A stretch of 56,717 bases of DNA from Clostridia bacterium (GCA_017935225.1 JAGBIA010000109.1:1-56717); one strand, 5' to 3'. Counted from the first letter of the stretch, positions 8,864 through 18,233 are shown. The notes: a model not told the origin generated them from the sequence alone. Translations and numbers: made by a program.

Positions 8864-10708
8864 ATGAAACGAGCTTTGATAATAATCGCAATAATATTAC
8901 TCACCGCGGCGGTCGTGGGGCTGGTATTCCTCGGTGGGCTTATGATGAATAATTACGCAGAAACCGGCTCTGTGTTTGGCTCGGGATTTGACCTCTCGGG
9001 CGGATTTTGGGAGAACATCATCGGTGACGAGGTGCTTAACGGAGTCGAGGCCGACATGCCCACAGAGCTGCCGAGTGCCGAAGATACTTTCAAGGAAACC
9101 GAGAAAGAAACTACAAAGATCCCGGATGAGATGTACGACGACAACGGAGTGTTCATAAGCGATAACAGTTTCGTTTATGAACCGCTTGAGGACGGCTCTT
9201 ATGCCGTATCGGTCGACGGTTTTCTGGCATCAGACGGAGTGTTACAGTTTCCAAGCAGCTTCAAGGGAAGTCCGATTACTACGATCATAAGATCCCCGAG
9301 TGCTAACAAGAAGGATAAGTTTGACATAGAGAAGATCATTATTCCCGATAGCGTAATAACGATTGAAGCGCAAGCTTTTCAGGGCGTTAAAAATCTTGAA
9401 TCTGTCATACTTGGAGAAAACGTACACAATATTATGGACTACGCTTTTTTCGGCTGCGAATCCTTAAAAACCGTCGTTTTTAACGAAAATCTTGGATTTA
9501 TAATGCCCTATGCATTTGCGGAATGCAAAAATCTTGAAAGTGTCAGCTTTAAAGGCGGGCTTATGGGGATAAACTCTTATGCTTTTGTAAACTGCACCTC
9601 GCTTTCAAGCGTAGAACTGCCGCAGGGTATCATGCATCTCGGCGAGGGAGCGTTTGAGAATTGCCGCTCTCTGCAAAGCATAGTTATTCCCGGGTCGGTA
9701 ACGACGGTACAACCCTCTGTTTTCAAAAATTGCAAGCTCCTCAGCTACGTTTCGTTCGGTGATGGTTCAACGACAGTAGGAAGCAATATGTTTTTTGATT
9801 GCGAGAACTTAGAGACGGTTATTCTCGCCGACACGATAACTTCCATCAAGGAAAACGCGTTTACGGGCTGTAATTCTCTGAAAAGCATTGACCTTCCCCG
9901 CTCCTTGACCTCTTTAGGCGCACTTGCTTTTGCTAATTGTCCTTCCTTGAAGAGCATTCATCTTCCAACATCTCTCGCCAAAATCGAGCAGTCACCTTTC
10001 CGTATGACACAGCTCGAGAGCATAACAGTTGATAAAGATAACCCTAATTTTTACGTTCTCAACAACTGCCTGATAGAGTCGGCTACAAAAACTATACTAT
10101 ACGCTTGTACGACAAGCTCTATACCCACGGATAAGAACGTAAATATCATAGGGCAAGATGCATTTGCTTTTTCACCCTTGAAGAGTATCAGAATTCCCGA
10201 CAATATTACAAAAATAAGCACGTACGCTTTTTCATACAGCACACTGGAGGATATATATATACCGCCGTCCGTAGAGTTTATCGGGACCAATGCCTTTTAC
10301 TCCTGCAAGTCTCTCCACACCGCCTCTATTGATTGTTCACCAAGTCTTGAAGACGGGGTATTCGGCGAGTGCTCTGCACTCAAAAATATAACGCTTCCAA
10401 AGGATATGGATATGATTCCCTCCGCATTCTTTAACGGATGCACTTCACTTGAAGAGATAAATCTTCCCGAAACAGTATCTCATATCAAGATGCTTGCCTT
10501 TGGTTCTTGCACCTCTCTTGACTCGGTCAAATTGCCAGGGTCTCTCAGCGTTATAGGAGAACTTGCGTTCTCTTCTTGTGAAAACTTGCTGCAACTCAGA
10601 TATGACGGAACACTCGAGAAGTGGGATAATATTACGAAACACAAAAATTGGCTTTCCTACGATCAACATCTCACCGTAGTCTGCACGGATGGAAAAATAG
10701 AATACTAA
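8864..10708 (+). CDS. BspA-type LRR membrane-anchored surface protein, paralog 5/6
   Basis: RBS AAGGAG, ATG 8864. Conserved 5' module, LRR_5-like repeats, and a C-terminal EKWDNI....W.....VVCTDGKIEY. Confidence 0.85.
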   Translation: MKRALIIIAIILLTAAVVGLVFLGGLMMNNYAETGSVFGSGFDLSGGFWENIIGDEVLNGVEADMPTELPSAEDTFKETEKETTKIPDEMYDDNGVFISDNSFVYEPLEDGSYAVSVDGFLASDGVLQFPSSFKGSPITTIIRSPSANKKDKFDIEKIIIPDSVITIEAQAFQGVKNLESVILGENVHNIMDYAFFGCESLKTVVFNENLGFIMPYAFAECKNLESVSFKGGLMGINSYAFVNCTSLSSVELPQGIMHLGEGAFENCRSLQSIVIPGSVTTVQPSVFKNCKLLSYVSFGDGSTTVGSNMFFDCENLETVILADTITSIKENAFTGCNSLKSIDLPRSLTSLGALAFANCPSLKSIHLPTSLAKIEQSPFRMTQLESITVDKDNPNFYVLNNCLIESATKTILYACTTSSIPTDKNVNIIGQDAFAFSPLKSIRIPDNITKISTYAFSYSTLEDIYIPPSVEFIGTNAFYSCKSLHTASIDCSPSLEDGVFGECSALKNITLPKDMDMIPSAFFNGCTSLEEINLPETVSHIKMLAFGSCTSLDSVKLPGSLSVIGELAFSSCENLLQLRYDGTLEKWDNITKHKNWLSYDQHLTVVCTDGKIEY

Positions 10709-10728
10709 AAATCACAAAGGAGCACGCT

Positions 10729-12642
10729 ATGAAACGAGCCTTGATAATAATCGCAATAATATTACTCATCGCGGCAGTCGTGGGGTTGGTATTGCTCGGC
10801 GGTCTTATGATGAATAATTATGCCGAGACGGGTTCTGTGTTTGGCTCCGGTTTTGACCTCTCGGGCGGATTTTGGGAGAATATCATCGGAGATGAGGTGC
10901 TTGGCGGAGTGCGCCCCGACGAAGCAACCGAAAATCCGCCAAGCAAGCAACCGATAACGCAGAATAATTTTATCTTTGAAGAGCTGGGAGATGCTACTTA
11001 CGCGGTCAGAGTCGAGAAGTTTTCCGAGAACGACGGTGTTCTGCACATTCCCGAGAGCTACGAGGGCAAACCCGTGACAGCCGTTTTAAAGTGGGTTAAC
11101 CCCAAGATCAAAGACAAATTCAACGTAAAAAAGATCATCGTTCCGGACAGCGTCCTATGGATAGAAGAAGAGGCGTTTGCAGACTTTCGAAAGCTCGAAT
11201 ATATTAAACTCAGCGACAATATGCTCGAGATCGGGCAATCACTTTTCGACAACTGTTACTCTCTCAAAAAAGTTGTCCTCGGAACGAAGATCAGAGAGAT
11301 AGCTCCCAGTGCATTCTCAGGTTGCTCATCTCTTGAGAGCATTGAACTGCCGAGCACTTTAAAGCAAATCGGAAACAATGCATTCCGAGGGTGTAGGTCA
11401 TTGAAGGAAGTGACCCTTCCTCAAAGCTTTGAGCAAATCGGTGATGCCGCATTTAACTCATGCCACTCGCTTGAAAGTATCACTCTTCCAAACTCGGTGG
11501 TCACAATAGGCGCAAATGCTTTTACAGATTGCACTTCTCTTAAATTTGCAAAGCTTCCGGACAACGCTCGTGACGTGCCCAGTGGTATGTTTTTAGGCTG
11601 TAAATCGCTTACCGAGGTGATCATTCCCGACACGGTAACTCATATTTACGCTTCAGCCTTTAGCAACTGTACATCTCTCTCGAGCATTGACCTGCCCGAG
11701 TCGCTGACCACTATCGACGATGCTGTCTTTTGGGGCTGTTCGTCTCTGAAAAGCGTTCATCTGCCTGCCTCACTCAAGGAATTCAAAAACGCCGCCATTG
11801 CCACAAATTACTGTGAGAACATAACGGTGGACGAGCGCAATCCTTACTTTCACGTTTTGGGCAACTGTCTTATAGACACCGCAAACAAAACGATAGTCAA
11901 TTGCTGTACAACCAGCATTATACCCGAGAACGAGAGCGTAAATGCTATCGGTGCTCGAGCTTTTGAAGGCTCAGTCTTTGATGCCATCAAGATTCCAAAA
12001 AATATCAAAACAATAGACGAGTTAGCATTCTGCTCTGCCGAACTGAAAGAGCTTTATATTCCCGCAACAGTAACCAAAATAAATAGTGGTGCCTTTTCGT
12101 CCTGTCAAGCTCTTCACACAGTCGTATTTGAGGACGGCAATTTCGAGCTCGAAGATTCAATCTTTTCAAGTTGCTCCGCACTCAAGAGCGTGACTCTGCC
12201 AAGTACTTTAGGGGTAATCCCCTCCGCTTTTTTCCTGGGTTGCAGCTCGCTTGAGGAAATATCGCTTCCCGACGGCACAACCGAGTTGGGAAATTCTCTG
12301 TTCCGCGGCTGTACCGCCCTGCGCACCATAGATCTACCAATTTCGCTAAAAATTATAGGTGAGTCCGTATTTAATAACTGTGATTCACTCAAAGAGATCA
12401 CCTTGCCCGAGAATACCGAGAAGATAAGCAAGTCCGCCATCATCGCTTGCACTTCACTCGAGCGAATAATTATAAAATCAAAAAAGATAGACCTTAGCGA
12501 GAAATTTATTTTTCCCACTCGTGCATTCAAGGAAATCGTGTTTGAAGGCACTTTGAGCGAGTGGAGTATGCTTTCAAAATATCCGGAATTGGACGTACTT
12601 AATGAGGATTTTGACATAGTCTGCACCGACGGAAAGATATAA
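10729..12642 (+). CDS. BspA-type LRR membrane-anchored surface protein, paralog 6/6
   Basis: The track ORF starts at 10648. The conserved MKRALIII start is the ATG at 10729, after AAGGAG. LRR_5-like repeats and a C-terminal SEW......IVCTDGKI. Confidence 0.85.
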   Translation: MKRALIIIAIILLIAAVVGLVLLGGLMMNNYAETGSVFGSGFDLSGGFWENIIGDEVLGGVRPDEATENPPSKQPITQNNFIFEELGDATYAVRVEKFSENDGVLHIPESYEGKPVTAVLKWVNPKIKDKFNVKKIIVPDSVLWIEEEAFADFRKLEYIKLSDNMLEIGQSLFDNCYSLKKVVLGTKIREIAPSAFSGCSSLESIELPSTLKQIGNNAFRGCRSLKEVTLPQSFEQIGDAAFNSCHSLESITLPNSVVTIGANAFTDCTSLKFAKLPDNARDVPSGMFLGCKSLTEVIIPDTVTHIYASAFSNCTSLSSIDLPESLTTIDDAVFWGCSSLKSVHLPASLKEFKNAAIATNYCENITVDERNPYFHVLGNCLIDTANKTIVNCCTTSIIPENESVNAIGARAFEGSVFDAIKIPKNIKTIDELAFCSAELKELYIPATVTKINSGAFSSCQALHTVVFEDGNFELEDSIFSSCSALKSVTLPSTLGVIPSAFFLGCSSLEEISLPDGTTELGNSLFRGCTALRTIDLPISLKIIGESVFNNCDSLKEITLPENTEKISKSAIIACTSLERIIIKSKKIDLSEKFIFPTRAFKEIVFEGTLSEWSMLSKYPELDVLNEDFDIVCTDGKI

Positions 12643-12654
12643 TACTAATCAGTT

Positions 12655-12696
12655 CACCGCCTTTGCCGTCACATCACGGCAAGGGCGGTGTTTTTA
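12655..12696 (+). terminator. Intrinsic terminator of the LRR operon
   Basis: CACCGCCTTTGCCGT / ACGGCAAGGGCGGTG stem with a 6-nt loop, followed by TTTTT. Confidence 0.8.
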
Positions 12697-12731
12697 TATA
12701 AGAATAAGCTTTCCCTTTCGCTCAAACCAAC

Positions 12732-12760
12732 TTGACAAAAAGAAAGAAATATATTATAAT
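12732..12760 (+). promoter_or_regulatory. Sigma-A promoter of the U32 peptidase gene
   Basis: TTGACA (12732-12737), 17-nt spacer, TATAAT (12755-12760). Confidence 0.6.
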
Positions 12761-12808
12761 ATAGAGTGAAATATTATTGCCAAACTACAAGGAAAGAGAA
12801 GGTTTGAT

Positions 12809-14062
12809 ATGCCCGAACTTTTATCCCCTGCGGGAAATTTTGAAAAGCTGAAGGCGGCGCTCCTTTACGGTGCGGATGCCGTTTATCTTGCAGGCACGCG
12901 CTTCGGTATGCGCTCTGCCGCAGACAATTTTTCAGACGAGGAGCTCTACGCGGCGGCGGAGTACGTCCACGCGCGTGGAAAAAAGCTCTATCTTACGCTC
13001 AACACGATACCCCACGCGCACGAATACGCGCCTCTGCGCGCCTTTCTTGAGAACATCAAGGGCGCGGGCATCGATGCATATATCGTTGCCGACCTCGGCG
13101 TTATGTCGCTTCTCAAGTCGGTAATTTCCGACGCGGAGATCCACATCTCGACTCAGGCAAGCATCGTCAGTCCCGAGGCGGCTCTCGCGTACGTCGCGCT
13201 CGGTGCGAAGCGACTTGTGCTCGCGCGCGAGCTGACACTCTCCGAGATCAAGGCGATCAAGGCGGCTCTTCCCGAGGACATCGAGCTTGAGGCATTCATC
13301 CACGGCTCGATGTGCGTTTCCTACAGCGGCAGATGTATGCTCTCCAACAGCCTCACGGGACGCGACGCAAACCGCGGCGCGTGCGCTCAGCCTTGCAGAT
13401 GGAACTACATCATCACAGAGGAAAAGCGCCCCGATCAGCCCTACCCCATCGAGCAGAACGAGCTCGGCACGTTCATTATGTCCTCGAAGGATATGTGCAC
13501 AGTCTCGATCGTTCCCGAGCTTATAGCGGCAGGCATCGACTCCTTTAAGATCGAGGGCAGAATGAAGAGCGCGTACTATGCCGCCGTCGTCACAAACTCC
13601 TACAGAATGGCGATCGACGCGTATATGCGCGATCCCGAGCATTATGTCTTTGATCAGAGGATAATGCGCGAGCTTGAGAGCGTGTCGCACAGAGAATACT
13701 GCACGGGATTCTATCTTGACGACCCGATGCAAGAGCCGCAGATGTCGACCATCAACGGCTATATTCGCGAAAAGGCATACTTTGCAACCGCGCTTGAAGA
13801 GAGCGAGCTTCCCTTGCCCGAAGGACTTGAGGCAAAGAACGAGAACGGAATTCTCGCGCCCTTTATCCAGCGTAACAAGATAAAGCTCGGCGACTCGGCT
13901 GAGATCATCTCCCCGAACAAGCTCGGACGCGCCTTTGTCGTCACAGAGCTCTACTCCGAGAGCGGCGAGCCGATCGAGTCAGCTCCCCACCCCTCTCAGA
14001 AATTCTTCACTCGTGTGCCCTTCGAGGTGCTTGCGGGCGACATCATCCGCTCGGGAGAATAA
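12809..14062 (+). CDS. Peptidase U32 family protein (YrrO/TrhP-like)
   Basis: N-terminus MPELLSPAGNFEKLKAALLYGADAVYLAG..FGMRSAADNF and the Cys-rich core GSMCVSYSGRCMLS...GACAQPCRW are typical of the U32 family. 417 aa. Confidence 0.85.
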   Translation: MPELLSPAGNFEKLKAALLYGADAVYLAGTRFGMRSAADNFSDEELYAAAEYVHARGKKLYLTLNTIPHAHEYAPLRAFLENIKGAGIDAYIVADLGVMSLLKSVISDAEIHISTQASIVSPEAALAYVALGAKRLVLARELTLSEIKAIKAALPEDIELEAFIHGSMCVSYSGRCMLSNSLTGRDANRGACAQPCRWNYIITEEKRPDQPYPIEQNELGTFIMSSKDMCTVSIVPELIAAGIDSFKIEGRMKSAYYAAVVTNSYRMAIDAYMRDPEHYVFDQRIMRELESVSHREYCTGFYLDDPMQEPQMSTINGYIREKAYFATALEESELPLPEGLEAKNENGILAPFIQRNKIKLGDSAEIISPNKLGRAFVVTELYSESGEPIESAPHPSQKFFTRVPFEVLAGDIIRSGE

Positions 14063-14116
14063 CATAAAACTCAAAGCGCGCTCATAAGATTTTAGCATAG
14101 TCCAAAGTCTCGTGAG

Positions 14117-14965
14117 GTGAGTATGCTCGAATACATCAAAGCGATAATTTTAGGAATAGTCGAGGGGATCACCGAGTGGCTTCCCATAAGCTCGACGGGG
14201 CATCTGATATTGCTCGGAAGGCTGCTGGATCTCTCGTTCGAGGGCGCGGACGCTGAGCTGTCACAGCTTTTGCGCTCGAGCTTTGACGTGGTAATACAGT
14301 CGGGCGCGATACTCGCGGTCGTAGTGCTTTATCTCAAGCGCCTTTTGCACGCTCACATCTCGCTCTACCTCAAGCTCGCGATCGCGACTCTGCCGGCAGG
14401 AGTCGTCGGAATTCTCGCCGACAAGATATGCGAGAAGTATCTCGGGCAGAGCCTCGACTCGCTTCTCTTCAAGCCACACGTGGTCGCGGCGGCGCTGATA
14501 TGCTACGGAATACTCTTCATTCTCGTCGAGCGACTTATGAAGTCGCGCGTAGATACGGTGAGCGACGTCAACGCGATAAGCTTCACTCAAGCCTTTGCGA
14601 TAGGCTGCTTTCAGGCTCTTGCCGTGATCCCCGGCACTTCGCGCTCGGGCTCGACCGTGCTTGGTGCGCGCATTCTCGGAATAGGCAGGAGCGCGGCGGC
14701 TGAGTTTTCCTTTTTTGCCGCGATACCCGTGATAGTAGCGGCGAGCGCGCTCAAAATATACGAGCTTGCAGACTACACCGCAGAGCGTTCGGTGGCACTT
14801 CCGCCGTCGGTCATCCCGATATTCGCGCTTGCGGGCGCGGTCGCGTTCGCGGTATCGATGATATCAATAAAATTTTTGACGGAATTCATAAAAAGGCACA
14901 GCTTTGCGCCCTTCGGTATCTACAGAATACTGCTTGGGGTGATCGTGCTGATGCTATTCAAATAA
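14117..14965 (+). CDS. uppP: Undecaprenyl-diphosphate phosphatase
   Basis: ILGIVEGITEWLPISSTGHLILLG and PGTSRSGSTV motifs in a multi-TM protein. The start could instead be the ATG at 14123, just after GAGGTG. Confidence 0.92.
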   Translation: MSMLEYIKAIILGIVEGITEWLPISSTGHLILLGRLLDLSFEGADAELSQLLRSSFDVVIQSGAILAVVVLYLKRLLHAHISLYLKLAIATLPAGVVGILADKICEKYLGQSLDSLLFKPHVVAAALICYGILFILVERLMKSRVDTVSDVNAISFTQAFAIGCFQALAVIPGTSRSGSTVLGARILGIGRSAAAEFSFFAAIPVIVAASALKIYELADYTAERSVALPPSVIPIFALAGAVAFAVSMISIKFLTEFIKRHSFAPFGIYRILLGVIVLMLFK

Positions 14966-14981
14966 ACGAAAGGAGAAGGAC

Positions 14982-15584
14982 GTGGAAAAGCTGAATATAC
15001 CCTACCCCATCGTCGTCGAGGGCAAATACGACCGCTTGCGCCTGCTTTGCGTGTGCAACGCGCATATCATAACCACAGACGGCTTTGGAATATTCAAAAA
15101 GCACGAGAAGCTCGCGCTCATCCGCAAGCTCGGAAGCGCCTCTCCTATCATTGTCCTTACCGACAGCGACGGTGCGGGCAAGCTGATACGCTCGCATCTG
15201 ACCTCGGCGCTACCGAAAGAGCGCATAATCCAGCTTTATATCCCGAAGGTCGAGGGCAAGGAAAAGCGCAAGGCTGCTCCCTCGGCAGAGGGCACGCTCG
15301 GAGTTGAGGGAATGGAGCAAAAGCTGCTATACGACCTGCTCTCCCCTTTTGAGAACAGTGAGAGAGTCGAGATGGCGGCAAGCAATCCGCTCTCAAAGAC
15401 CGATCTATACCGCGACAGACTTTCGGGTGCGGAGAACAGTGCCGAGCGGCGCGACAGACTCGCCGCGATGCTCGAGCTCCCCTCGGGAATGACCGCAAAC
15501 GCTCTGCTTGCGGCACTGAAAATGATAATCACCTACGAAGAATACGAAAGGCTGATAGAAAAACTCGATGAACAAGGAATTTGA
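14982..15584 (+). CDS. Toprim-domain protein, RNase M5-like (DUF4093-type)
   Basis: GTG start after AGGAGAAGG. IVVEGKYD and VLTDSDGAGKLIR resemble the Toprim E and DxD motifs of RnmV-like proteins. 200 aa. Confidence 0.55.
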   Translation: MEKLNIPYPIVVEGKYDRLRLLCVCNAHIITTDGFGIFKKHEKLALIRKLGSASPIIVLTDSDGAGKLIRSHLTSALPKERIIQLYIPKVEGKEKRKAAPSAEGTLGVEGMEQKLLYDLLSPFENSERVEMAASNPLSKTDLYRDRLSGAENSAERRDRLAAMLELPSGMTANALLAALKMIITYEEYERLIEKLDEQGI

Positions 15585-16293
15585 ACGCGAGGCGCTTCTC
15601 TATGGAGAGGCGGCTATGGAAAAACTGAAAAACGCGCGCGTCGCCCTTTTCGGTGTCGGCGGCGTGGGCTCGTACGCGGCTGAAGCGCTTGCAAGGTCGG
15701 GAATAGGACACATACTGCTCGTCGACTGCGACACGGTGTCGGTCTCGAACATCAACCGTCAGCTCTGCGCTCTGCACAGCACGGTCGGACAGTTCAAGGT
15801 CGACGTGGTGGCAGATCGCCTGCTTGATATCAACCCCGAGCTCGAGGTCGTGACGCGCCGCGATTTCGTTCTGCCCGACAACGTCGACAGCTTTGACTTC
15901 GCGTCCTTTGACTACGTTATCGACGCGATCGACACGGTGTCGGCAAAGATCGCGATAGCAGAGGTCTGCACCTCTCTCGGCGTGCCGCTGATAAGCTCGA
16001 TGGGAACGGGCAATAAGCAGGACCCCACCGCGCTCAAGGTCACCGACATATCTAAAACCAACACCTGCCCGCTTGCAAGAGTGATGCGCCGCGAGCTCAA
16101 GAAGCGCGGAATTTCGCATCTGCGCGTGGTCTACTCCGAGGAAGAGGCGATGACACCGCTTGAACGTATCGTCACCGAGGGCGGAAAGGTGGTGCCGGGA
16201 AGTCTGGCATTCGTTCCGTCGGTGGCGGGGCTTATAACCGCTGGGGAGGCGGTAAAGCACATTATTGCAGAAAAGGATAGAGAAAATGGCTAA
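15568..16293 (+). CDS. tcdA: tRNA threonylcarbamoyladenosine dehydratase (ThiF/E1-like)
   Basis: VALFGVGGVGSYAAEALARSGIGHILLVDCDTVSVSNINRQ Rossmann/E1 signature. About 241 aa, overlapping the previous gene by 17 nt. Confidence 0.8.
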   Translation: MNKEFEREALLYGEAAMEKLKNARVALFGVGGVGSYAAEALARSGIGHILLVDCDTVSVSNINRQLCALHSTVGQFKVDVVADRLLDINPELEVVTRRDFVLPDNVDSFDFASFDYVIDAIDTVSAKIAIAEVCTSLGVPLISSMGTGNKQDPTALKVTDISKTNTCPLARVMRRELKKRGISHLRVVYSEEEAMTPLERIVTEGGKVVPGSLAFVPSVAGLITAGEAVKHIIAEKDRENG

Positions 16294-16882
16294 GCAGAAA
16301 TGGAAGGGCGGCGCGCTCATCGCCCCCGTGCCGCCGGCTATGATAAGCTGTGGCTCAGAAGATGACGGCAGCTCTAACATCATCACGGTCGCCTGGACGG
16401 GAATTATCAACACCATCCCCCCAAAGACCTATATATCGGTGCGCCCCTCGCGCCACTCGTATAAGCTCATACGTGAGCGCGGCGAGTTCGCGATAAATCT
16501 CACCACGGCAGAGTTGGTCAAATCTGCCGACTACTGCGGCATCTATACGGGCGCGAAGGTGAATAAATTCGAAAAATGCGCTCTGCACAAGCAAGAAGCG
16601 AGCGAGATCTCCTGCCCGCTGATCGAAGAGAGTCCGCTCTCGCTTGAATGCAGAGTCACCGACGTTATCGAGCTTGGCTCGCACCATATGTTCCTTGCGG
16701 ACATCGTCGCGGTCGACGTCGACGAGTCACTGATAAACTCCGACGGCAAGCTTTGTCTTGACCGCGCACATCTCGCCGCGTTTGCTCACGGAGAGTATTT
16801 TGCGCTCGGAGAAAAGCTCGGATACTTCGGCTTCTCGGTCAAAAAGAAGAAAAAGAAGCCGAGCGCCAAGAAGCGTTCCTGA
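16286..16882 (+). CDS. Flavin reductase-like (FMN-binding split-barrel) protein with a Lys-rich tail
   Basis: ATG 16286 overlaps the tcdA stop (ATGGCTAA). NIITVAWTG...YISVRPSRHSYKLI pattern. C-terminal KKKKKKPSAKKRS. Confidence 0.7.
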   Translation: MAKQKWKGGALIAPVPPAMISCGSEDDGSSNIITVAWTGIINTIPPKTYISVRPSRHSYKLIRERGEFAINLTTAELVKSADYCGIYTGAKVNKFEKCALHKQEASEISCPLIEESPLSLECRVTDVIELGSHHMFLADIVAVDVDESLINSDGKLCLDRAHLAAFAHGEYFALGEKLGYFGFSVKKKKKKPSAKKRS

Positions 16883-16958
16883 CAGTTTTTGCCTACGTTG
16901 TGCAAAGCGACGAAAATAAACTTTTTTCAAAAAAGGTCTTGACAAGCTTTCTCGGGAG

Positions 16959-17077
16959 TTTTCCACAGGGCAAATTCTATTTACCCATGGAAAAAGCCTT
17001 GATCTGCAAGGTTTTCCACACTTTCCACAGAGTTTTCCACAACTTTGCACTTTTCCACAGAGTTTGGCTGTGGGTAA
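16959..17077. promoter_or_regulatory. Cluster of six DnaA-box-like 9-mers
   Basis: TTTTCCACA at 16959, 17012, 17033 and 17051. CTTTCCACA at 17021. Inverted TGTGGGTAA (= TTACCCACA) at 17069-17077. An AT-rich tract follows (17100-17230). Confidence 0.6.
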
Positions 17078-17223
17078 CTTTAGCCCGATAAACTTTGTCA
17101 GTTTTCACAAACTTTTGATTTTTTTAATATTTTTCGGTCGTTTTTTTATAAAATTTTTCCCCTTTTTCCGTCTCCTCGGCGCAGACGGACAAGAATATTT
17201 TTTGAAAAAAAGAAAATTTCTTA

Positions 17224-17252
17224 TTGTAATATACGCGCCGTAGTGTTATAAT
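17224..17252 (+). promoter_or_regulatory. Sigma-A promoter of the pseudouridine synthase gene
   Basis: TTGTAA (17224-17229), 17-nt spacer, TGtTATAAT (17244-17252). Confidence 0.5.
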
Positions 17253-17278
17253 TATATTACCGATATTTGAGGTCACAA

Positions 17279-18217
17279 GTGAGATATACCGTCACGCAAT
17301 CAGAGGACGGCAAGACCGTAAAAGAGATACTGCTCGGCAGTATCGGGCTCTCGGTCGCCTTTCTCAAGCATCTGAAATTTATGGAAAACGGAATAATGCT
17401 TGACGGCGAGAAGGTCACGGTGCGCCGCGTGGTGCACGCAGGAGATATTCTCTGTCTTGCGACCGAGAACGAAAAGCTCGGCTCGCGCCTGACGCCGACA
17501 GAGCTGCCGCTTGAGATCGTCTACGAGGACGAGGATCTGGTAGTTCCCTCGAAGAGCGCGGATATGCCGACGCATCCGTCGCACAACCACCACGGAGACA
17601 CTCTCGCCGACGCGCTCGCCTACTACTATAAGGATGCGCCTGAGCCATTCGTTTTCCGACCTATTAACCGACTTGACCGCAACACGAGCGGTCTTACGCT
17701 CATAGCAAAAAACCGTATCAGCGCCGCGCGGCTTGCCGCGTCGATGCGAGACGGAAAAATAAAAAAGCAATACGTGGCAATTCTCGATGGCATTCTGCCC
17801 GACGATCGCGGCAGCATCGAGACCTACCTGCGCCGCACGGGCGAGAGCATAATCGTCCGTGAGGTCTGCGACGAGAACGGCGGCGGAGACTACGCGCTGA
17901 CGCATTACGAGGTGATCGCGCGCTCGGATCGCTACACTCTCGTGCTCGCATCGCCTGAGACCGGGCGAACTCACCAGCTCCGCGTTCATTTTGCAAGCCT
18001 CGGATGCGCGATACTCGGCGACGATATGTATGGTGAGGTATCACCTATCATCCCGCGCCACGCACTGCACGCGCTCTCGCTATCCTTTCCGCATCCGTCA
18101 AAGGATGAGACCGTTACCTGCACCTCCCTGCCGCCCGAGGATATGGCAGGAGTGATCCGCGCCGAGTTTGGCGAGGAGACACTCTACGGACTTTCGAGTA
18201 TTACGACCTTCAGCTAA
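17279..18217 (+). CDS. RluA-family 23S rRNA pseudouridine synthase (RluD-like)
   Basis: GTG 17279 after GAGGT (the track ORF starts at TTG 17267). S4-like N-terminus, HRLDRNTSGLTLIAKN catalytic motif, GRTHQLRVH. Confidence 0.85.
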   Translation: MRYTVTQSEDGKTVKEILLGSIGLSVAFLKHLKFMENGIMLDGEKVTVRRVVHAGDILCLATENEKLGSRLTPTELPLEIVYEDEDLVVPSKSADMPTHPSHNHHGDTLADALAYYYKDAPEPFVFRPINRLDRNTSGLTLIAKNRISAARLAASMRDGKIKKQYVAILDGILPDDRGSIETYLRRTGESIIVREVCDENGGGDYALTHYEVIARSDRYTLVLASPETGRTHQLRVHFASLGCAILGDDMYGEVSPIIPRHALHALSLSFPHPSKDETVTCTSLPPEDMAGVIRAEFGEETLYGLSSITTFS

Positions 18218-18233
18218 AAAGGAATTATAAAAT

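Noticed and set aside
16900-17091. 63-aa ORF spanning the DnaA-box cluster (repetitive FHRVFH peptide).
   Set aside because: Its sequence is simply the translation of the repeated TTTTCCACA boxes. It has no RBS.
16959-17230. Possibility that the DnaA-box cluster is the chromosomal origin (oriC).
   Set aside because: No dnaA, dnaN or rpmH is nearby and there is no switch of gene orientation across the site. A secondary DnaA-box cluster is more parsimonious. This remains testable by GC skew and marker frequency.
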